Of a stretch of 64,000 nucleotides of DNA, positions 56,040 through 64,000 are shown in pieces. Source of the DNA: Eledone cirrhosa (taxonomy: Eukaryota); contig OZ024747.1 in NCBI GenBank assembly GCA_964016885.1, positions 70,122,001 to 70,186,000 on the forward strand. The letters run 5' to 3'. The notes beneath the pieces were generated by a model. The model had not been told where the DNA came from. It worked only from the letters and a program-made list of their open reading frames with translations, and ran no database searches. Position numbers and translations under genes: made by a program. Each line of letters opens with the position of its first letter. Position 1 is the stretch's first letter.

Positions 56040-56121
<82 letters not shown>

Positions 56122-57201
56122 ATAATATATATATATAATATATACATATATATATATAGATATATGCGAATATATATATATGCCTGTGTCTGTGTGTGAA
56201 TGTGTGTGTATGTGTGTGAGTGTTTGTGTGTGTACGTGTGTGTGATAGAAATACCTACCTACTTTCATAACACATGAGTTGATCATGTGTACGTGTTTCT
56301 GCCGAATGCAAACTCTTATCAAAACATACGCTCGAATCTATTTTTCTCAGTCTAAATTCAACTTCTTCACCAATTCGGAAATTCGTAACAGGAAATTCCG
56401 TGTGATCATTTAACATTATCTTCTAATTATCTCCCTTTTATCTTTTCACACATTCTTTTTTTCTTCCTTTCTACGCCTGTGTTTTTACTTTCTTTTAGTA
56501 TTTTGTTCTTTTTATCTTTTTTCTTTATTTTTTTTTTCTTTACGGCACAAATCTGGTTCGCTTTTGTAACTTGGCCTTCGATCTGCTGTAATCAGCTGCA
56601 GATATTACATACAACTCTGCTGCGAATCTTGGCATATCAGAGCATCCTAACGGAAAATCTTCTAGGGGCTTTTAGAACACACAAATCCGGATCAATCTCA
56701 ATTAATAGCTCAGGGTTCATTTAACATATTTGTCCGGTGTCAATTAGACAACGTAAGAGGCAAATTCTATTAAAACAGCCTTCTGACACAACGAACTTGG
56801 CTTTGCTCTCGCCGGTTTTTAAATTACTATAATTCTCAACGTAGTCGGCTCAACCCCATTCAGCTAGACTGAACAAGAACCATCCACACTCTATATCTCC
56901 AGCTGCTAGTAGAAACTGTTTATGAGGTTTCATCGATCATAACCTTCATTATCGTGGCCATCATCATCACCACCATATTTGTCGTCGCCATTGTCGTCAT
57001 CATCATCATCATCATCGTTGTCGTAATTGTCGTTGTCGTCGTGATCATTATCATCATCCTTGTTTTCGTTGTCGTCGGCGGCTTCGTTGTCGTCAACAGG
57101 ATCATCATCATCATCGTTAACATCATCTTCTTGTCTCTGTTGTCATTATGTTGATCACTGTCATCGTTTTGTTTTTGCCGTCATTATCGTAAACATCAGC
57201 A

Positions 57202-57384
57202 GTGGATTGGGAGTATCGGTAGAGAATCAGACACCATGCCTTGCAGCATAGAGTTACGGCCCTTTATGGTCTGAGTTCAAATCCCGCCGAGGTTAACTTT
57301 GCCTTTCATCCTTAAGGGGTCGATAAAATAAAGTACCAGTAATACACTGGGATAATTGCTGGTCTTGTGCCAAAAGTAGAAACA
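57202..57384 (+). mobile_element. SINE family A with 19-bp TSD
   Basis: TSD ATTATCGTAAACATCAGCA at 57183-57201 and 57385-57403. Confidence 0.92.
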
Positions 57385-57822
57385 ATTATCGTAAACATCA
57401 GCATCATCACTCTCATCATTACTATCGCACTTCTCTCCTTCCTCTTCATCATCTTCCTCATCATCTTCATCTTCACACCACATCACCACAACCACCATCA
57501 CCCCCACCGCCACCACCACACATGAATGACGTCAGCTGGAGTTAATCGTTAAAGTATTGGTCAGCGAACAAAAAAGGCATCGGTGTTCAATTCTTCTAGT
57601 GGTCAGTAGCGATTGCCACTCGCTTAACTGCACCGGATGTCTTTGGGAAACATTGTTAAAATACCGTAAATACCAACAACTTGATAATAAGATGTGATAC
57701 AACAGTTCTTTCAAACTAATCAGAAAGAATGAGGTCATTATTGCAAGAGTGAGGGCAAAATGTGAGCTACAACAACGTTATAATCCAGTTTAGAGAGGAG
57801 CGAACTATATACATACATACAT

Positions 57823-57921
<99 letters not shown>

Positions 57922-58104
57922 GTGAGAGAGAGAGAGATTGATGAAAGTGGTGATGCTATGCCTCCACAAATCTGCCTTGAAATGAACTAATTAAGCAAAT
58001 TAACAACAATGCTAAAATATATCAATTTTGGAACTAACTATCCCGGCTAATGAAGGAAGTATTTCTCTGCATCATTTGTGACGCGTGTGTGCATGCGTGC
58101 TTGC

Positions 58105-58190
<86 letters not shown>

Positions 58191-58492
58191 GCGCTTGTGT
58201 GTGTATGTTTATGTGTTTATATGTTTATATGAGTCTGTGTGTGAGAGAGAGTAAGAAGGAGAATATTTAGATGGCATAGATTATAAGGTGAGATTGTTTC
58301 GCAACTAAATACAATGGCACTCACTAATTTGGTGAACCCGGTAAAGAGTAATAAACTATAAAGTAGTTTGTTGAGATTGACATTCGATGCATTGGGAGTG
58401 ATAATCTTGAAGATTAAGTAAGTCGCCCTTTCGTTTCTATGAAAGGATATAGAATGAAAGAACCGATCTTTTAGCACTAACAATGTTTGCGA

Positions 58493-58563
<71 letters not shown>

Positions 58564-59320
58564 CATACACACACAGACACATATATATGCATACATATAT
58601 GCATATATATATATATGTATGAATGTATATCCCATAGTAAACACGTGAGCTGACATCGAAATGGCGATAGACATTCATTTACATAACTGTATAAATGGTA
58701 CGGTAGAGACATGCAGACATTAAAGTGCTATGGACACCAGCCATATGTTTAAATGTCTTTATATAATAAGCCTCATACCATATATTTGTAACGCATTTAC
58801 ATTTATAAATATGTAACACAAGGCTAATATAACATATAAAAGTGTGATTTGCAACAACTGTGTGCATAAATTAACAGAACAGAAACACATATGCATATAC
58901 ACATATGCTTATACACATGTGTATATGCATATACACAATCACAACTATCCACACACCTTAATATATAGGGGCGAAACAGCCGTATATAAACTGGAGCATT
59001 TATTGAAAGAGAAAACAAAACAACAACAAAATTACTCCTCACTTCTCTTGTGAGTTAATGGCTAATGGTTCGTTCAACTATATGAAGAATAATTATAAAC
59101 AAGTCTTAAGCAAACACCTGCCTGTTCTTTACATACGTACATACATACATACATACATACATACATACATACATACATACATACATACATACATACATAC
59201 ATACACTCATGCACACATACTTCTAAATATTTATATGTGTGTATGTCTTTTCTCCTGTAATACTTTAAGAATATCTTCCTGGTCCTCATTACAGATCTGA
59301 CACCTTTTTGCTCTTGTAGG

Positions 59321-59591
59321 CAGGGTTGGATTTAGACCTGAGGGGTGGGGGTACATCAGGTTTGGGGTGCCCTTCATTCAAAAAAATTAGAATACATATA
59401 GATGTTAGCTTGGGACAAGTAATTGAAATTGAAAAGTTAGACATACATCTATTCAATTCAACAATTCTAACCATCCTAAAACTAAAAATGCCCAGTTGAG
59501 GGCACAAATACATTTTAACGGCCATCACAGGGGGCCTGGGGCAATTGCCCCCTTTACCCCCCCCCCCCCCCCCCCATTAAATCTGGCTCTG
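59321..59591. mobile_element. hAT-type MITE
   Basis: TIRs CAGGGTTGGATTTA / TAAATCTGGCTCTG. 8-bp TSD CTTGTAGG / TTTGTAGG (7 of 8 match). Confidence 0.75.
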
Positions 59592-60286
59592 TTTGTAGGT
59601 AGGCATTGCTGTCTGTCTTTTGTATATAGATTTCGCCTGTTCAAAATTCTTAATGCTATAATATAATGACTGCAAATTTAAAATAATAAACCTGGAATTC
59701 ATTGCAATTGTAATTTCCTTTCTTAATTACTTCAAGTACTGCAGCTAACTATCTTGGGCGCCACACTGATTTCCACACACTACAAGAATAATTTTATTTA
59801 CATGCGGTGTTTACCTCATGACAATCTTTTCAAGCAATTAAAAAAATTCTTTTACATATTAAAATTCACAAAAATGATAAAATATGTTCAATATTATTCC
59901 CAATTTAATTAAAATTGTTTTCACTTAATTCTGCGTTCTAATTTAATGCACATAAATTAGCTATATGGCATTCACATAACTCAATTATGAAGTATTATAT
60001 AAATGCTAGGCGCAAATGTTTAACACCAGAATGCTATAAACGATTCGGAAAAAGTGTTTACATGAAAGATAACATTTAAATGGAAATCCAATAGCATTCT
60101 ACTAAACCTAATATACCACCATTAAGAAAACCTTTGGTACATTTATAGCTGAACTAAGCTATTTTCTTTATCCCTGCGATATGTAATATCGGAAACATTT
60201 GTGCACAATACACACATCAAATTAACAGTATACTTTTCAACACTCTTTTTCCATCAATTAAAAGCTTAGGGCTCTCTCTCTCTCTC

Positions 60287-60342
<56 letters not shown>

Positions 60343-60355
60343 CCCCTCTCACTCT

Positions 60356-60417
<62 letters not shown>

Positions 60418-60419
<2 letters not shown>

Positions 60420-60809
60420 AGAGAGAGTAGTTGACAGCTAAGAGAAAAGAGTACTCAATACCGAAGGAGAGTTTTAATATTCAATATTATCAAGGCTAAA
60501 ACGCGAGACTTATTACTCTGGAGCTTCGCCTGTTTATCACAGGGTCATTAGACAGGAACTATTTTTTGATGAGCCTGTGATAAACCGGCGAAAGTCCGGA
60601 GTAACAAGACTCACGTTTTAGCCTTAATTGTTTCTACTTTTGGCACAAGGCCAGCAATTAACCAGTAAATTACTGGTACTTTATTTTATCGACCTCGTAA
60701 GGACGAAAGGCAAAGTTAACCTCGGCGGGATTTGAACTGAGGTTAACTTTGCCTTTCATCCTTACGGGGTCGATAAAATAAAGTACCAGTATAGCCTTAA
60801 TGATATTGA

Positions 60810-60812
<3 letters not shown>
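60418..60812. mobile_element. Palindromic hammerhead-bearing element between (TA)n tracts, interrupted by a fold-back SINE (60629-60791)
   Basis: Arms 60478-60552 and 60566-60628 plus 60801-60812. The right arm reads TTGATGA-GCC..GGC-GAAA-GTCCGGAG-TA. The SINE TSD is TAGCCTTAAT. AGAGTACTCAATAC lies at 60448. Confidence 0.7.
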
Positions 60813-60907
<95 letters not shown>

Positions 60908-60913
60908 ATGTAC

Positions 60914-61219
60914 GAATCCCAAACGCAGAAAATATCTGTAACAACTGTCGATTGCTATAAATAATAGCTGAGGATATCCAGTAAAATACCTGAATCTCGG
61001 AAGAAAAGTGGACAGCAGCTGCTACGGAGAATCAACCATCTCCCGAATGTCTGCTGACATAAAGTCTGAGCTGAATATCTATATCGAAAAGTGTGGATGT
61101 AAACAGCGTTCTATACGAACTATCGAAGTGCTGTGTAATTTGAAATTCTTTTAGAAAATGTAGGAATCCCAAACGCAGAAAATACCTACAACAACAGTCA
61201 ATTACTGCAAATAATAGCT
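60914..61219. repeat. ~55-bp diverged direct repeat with ~250-bp period
   Basis: gaatcccaaacgcagaaaata...aaataatagct at 60914 and 61164. Confidence 0.7.
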
Positions 61220-61335
61220 TCGAAAAATCGGAAATCTAAAATATATTTCTTTTATGAAATGCGCCGTTTGTTTTGTTATTTTTGTTATATATATATATAA
61301 ATATATACTTTTTTCCCAGTGTGGTCTATCCTTAG

Positions 61336-61461
61336 ATTGTTTCCGAAGAAGACGGTCTGATCGGACCTATATATGAGGTCAGATAGTATAGTGTTATATA
61401 ACTGCTATAGATCAGACAATATGCCAATATGATAAACCCTCCGAAACGATCGTAAAACAAT
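61336..61461 (+). ncRNA. Hammerhead ribozyme-like motif with branched stem II and variant core CCGAAGA
   Basis: Stem I ATTGTTT/AAACAAT (7 bp). GTCTGATC/GATCAGAC encloses two hairpins. GAAA-CGATCG-TA at 61443-61454. Confidence 0.55.
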
Positions 61462-61558
61462 GATATGAATAGGTAAAATAACTCGACTTTGTTCCTATTA
61501 TTTTCTTTTCCCAATTCCAACCCGCCCGTCCCTTCAATCTTTCTTATTTCTCATTCTT

Positions 61559-61594
61559 TCTTCTGATGAAGGGCTAGCGTCCGAAACGTTAAGA
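61559..61594 (+). ncRNA. Minimal type I hammerhead ribozyme of the kind found in Penelope-like elements
   Basis: TCTT-CTGATGA-A-GGGC(TAGC)GTCC-GAAA-CG-TT-AAGA: 4-bp stem I, 4-bp stem II and a palindromic minimal stem III (ACGT). Confidence 0.75.
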
Positions 61595-61673
61595 TCCTCT
61601 CCCTGCTATTTCAAGCGTTAACTTAATACCCCTTCCATATACTGGACCGATTGTGTTGTTATTTCTGTTTACC

Positions 61674-61747
<74 letters not shown>

Positions 61748-61821
61748 ACATAGGTAGAGCGCGAGATAGATAGATGGTGAAAATTGTACCTAGTATATAG
61801 GTAGAATGATGAATATATCTA

Positions 61822-61872
<51 letters not shown>

Positions 61873-61946
61873 TCATCATTCTACCTATATACTAGTCTGA
61901 CTCTGTACAATTTTTACCATCTATCTATCTCGCGCTCTACCTATGT
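61748..61946. repeat. ~70-bp inverted repeat around a (TG)n tract
   Basis: acataggtagagcgcgagatagatagatggt...gaatgatgaata versus tattcatcattc...accatctatctatctcgcgctctacctatgt. Confidence 0.85.
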
Positions 61947-61958
61947 TTTTACCACTCT

Positions 61959-62026
<68 letters not shown>

Positions 62027-62027
<1 letters not shown>

Positions 62028-62224
62028 CGAAGGAGGTGTGGTAAGGAATCAGATGGACCATAACGCACCAGAGTACTCAATACTTAGGGTAGTAGAGTGG
62101 GTAATAGGAAAATGTTGGACCTCGACGGCAGAGCTCAAGGCGTTTCGACGGTTATTTCTGGACTCAGAAATAGCCGTCGAAACGGCTTGAGCTCTGCCGC
62201 CGTCGGGGTCAAACTTTTTCCTAT
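62027..62224. mobile_element. Palindromic (TA)n-flanked element with hammerhead 3' halves
   Basis: Inverted repeat 62104-62224 centred on GACGGTTATTTCTG..CAGAAATAGCCGTC, then GAAA-CGGC-ttgagctct-GCCG(ccg)-TC-GGGGTC. AGAGTACTCAATAC lies at 62070. Confidence 0.7.
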
Positions 62225-62573
62225 ATATATATATATATATACTGGCCAGTCTGCTGACATGCAAATCTGGCTGATTAGGGGATCTACTAATATGCAGATC
62301 TAACTGCTCGGCCAGTCTGCTAATATGCAAATCAGGCCGATCAGTCACTGTGTATTTTTGAAAATAGCATATATTTTCACTAGCTCTGACGGTTTGGCAG
62401 GTGTACAGTGAGCTGTACTGATGAAGGGTGATACGCAGAAACATTAGTGTCTGCAGTTCTGTTCACATGCCAACACAAGAGCAAGAATGAAGGGTTCATT
62501 CTACTGACATGACTATAAAATTGAGGCTTGTTTACATAATTGTAAACGACTCGAATGTTATTATTAATATATC

Positions 62574-62650
62574 CTTACGGGATCGATAAAATAAAGTACC
62601 AGTAATGCACTGGGTAATTGCTGGCCTTGTGCCAAAAGTAGAAACAATTA
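62574..62650 (+). mobile_element. 5'-truncated SINE family A
   Basis: Only the 3' half of the consensus is present. Confidence 0.85.
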
Positions 62651-62932
62651 TTAATATTCGAAAAACACATATATATATATATTAAAAACCTTTTTTGATT
62701 AAAAACCTTTTTTGTATAGCAAACCGTGCCAATCTTCTTTCCTGATTTATTATTACTCCAAGTGTTTACAACATAGGAATTACAGCATACCCGCAGCATC
62801 ACTATGAAAACGCCTTGTTGAGTCAAACTTAGCCAAGCGTTGATATCATCCACTACCCGGAATATCATAACTGGACTACACCTAAGTGGACTGCATATAA
62901 CTATTATTTGTTACCCCGTATATATATATATA

Positions 62933-63005
62933 TAGGAAAAAGTATGACCCCGACGGCAGAGTTCAAGCCGTTTCGACGGCTATTTCGGCTAGAAATAGCC
63001 GTCGA
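62933..63005 (-). mobile_element. Half-palindrome copy of the 62104 element
   Basis: Minus strand: GACGGCTATTTC-tagcc-GAAATAGCCGTC-GAAA-CGGC-ttgaactct-GCCG-TC-GGGGTC, then (TA)n. Confidence 0.7.
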
Positions 63006-63699
63006 AAGCAACCAAAATTGCTTTCATTCATCAGAATGAAAAAATCCTGGTGTCTTTACTGGCAGTGGATTTGAAAAACAAAAATATAACAGATATGATA
63101 TATAAACCTTCCTCTTTCCATCTCCTACCACTCTACTCCTTCTTCTATCCCTCTCACTACCCATTTTCCATAACTCCCCATTTACCTCTTTTATTTTGTC
63201 ACCAGCTTCCAGTTTCTTGACACATCAAGTCCACAGACGCAGCAGTGGCACCACACTCACCACCACCACCACCATAACTCCCCAGGACATTGACTACCGC
63301 AACTGTCGCCGCCGACGCCATCATCTCCGCCACTATGATCTCCATCACCATCACCATCACCAACACCATCATCCTCATCCTCCCCTCTTTAATTTTCCTC
63401 ATATCCCCTCTTTTTCCTCTTTTACCTTTCTCCTTGATGCATTTCTCCCCCCTTTTTTATACATTACTACTGATTCTTCCCCACCTCCCACTACTCCTTC
63501 TTAAATCATAATGTGACGCCATATTAACCTCCTTCTCTATCCGTCTTCCACCTTTACTCCTACTACACCTATCTGCTTGACTCCTACTCTCTATATCTCA
63601 CACACCCGCTTTGCTACCTCACATCTCGTTGTCTATATCTTTGTTTTTCTTTTGTTCTTCCTTTCAGATCTCTACTTCCAAACTATTCAAACCTTAACG

Positions 63700-63914
63700 C
63701 CGCTGCCGCCGCCGCCGCCATCACCAACACCATCAACACCACCAACACCACCACAATAACTAATATCATCAATTACCATCCACAACCACCACCTATACGA
63801 CTATTGCTAATACTACTACTACTACTACTACCACTACCACTACCACTACCACCACTACTACCACTACCACTACTACTGCCACTGCCACTACCACTATTAC
63901 TGCCACTGCCACTG

Positions 63915-63966
<52 letters not shown>

Positions 63967-64000
63967 CACTACCACTACCACCACTACCACCACTACTACC
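63700..64000. repeat. (CCA)/(CTA)/(CCACTA) low-complexity repeats
   Basis: Seen directly in the sequence. Confidence 0.95.

Noticed and set aside
63015-63040. Minus-strand CTGATGA just upstream of the 62933 hammerhead half
   Set aside because: No stem I complement (GACCCC) precedes it. It sits in a separate small hairpin, so it does not complete the ribozyme.

Overview
AT-rich, repeat-dominated animal genomic DNA. The SINE/LINE repertoire and the dense (TA)n/(GA)n/(CA)n microsatellites look like an octopod cephalopod genome (inference from recognised repeat types, no database search). No host protein-coding gene could be identified; there are only weak minus-strand exon candidates. The window holds two fairly young 5'-truncated RTE LINEs with a PHD-type zinc finger inside the RT region, older RTE and R4/Dong-like LINE relics, a decayed mariner, hAT and piggyBac MITEs, a Lep1-like Helitron, about 19 copies of a tRNA-derived SINE, CORE-type SINEs that share the RTE 3' tail, and a 200-N scaffold gap across which CpG content changes visibly. 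The most interesting signal is a set of short elements next to (TA)n tracts that carry type I hammerhead ribozyme motifs. Some are compact, some have a long or branched stem II, and some are fold-back palindromes centred on the ribozyme. They look like non-autonomous Penelope-like/retrozyme-type elements.
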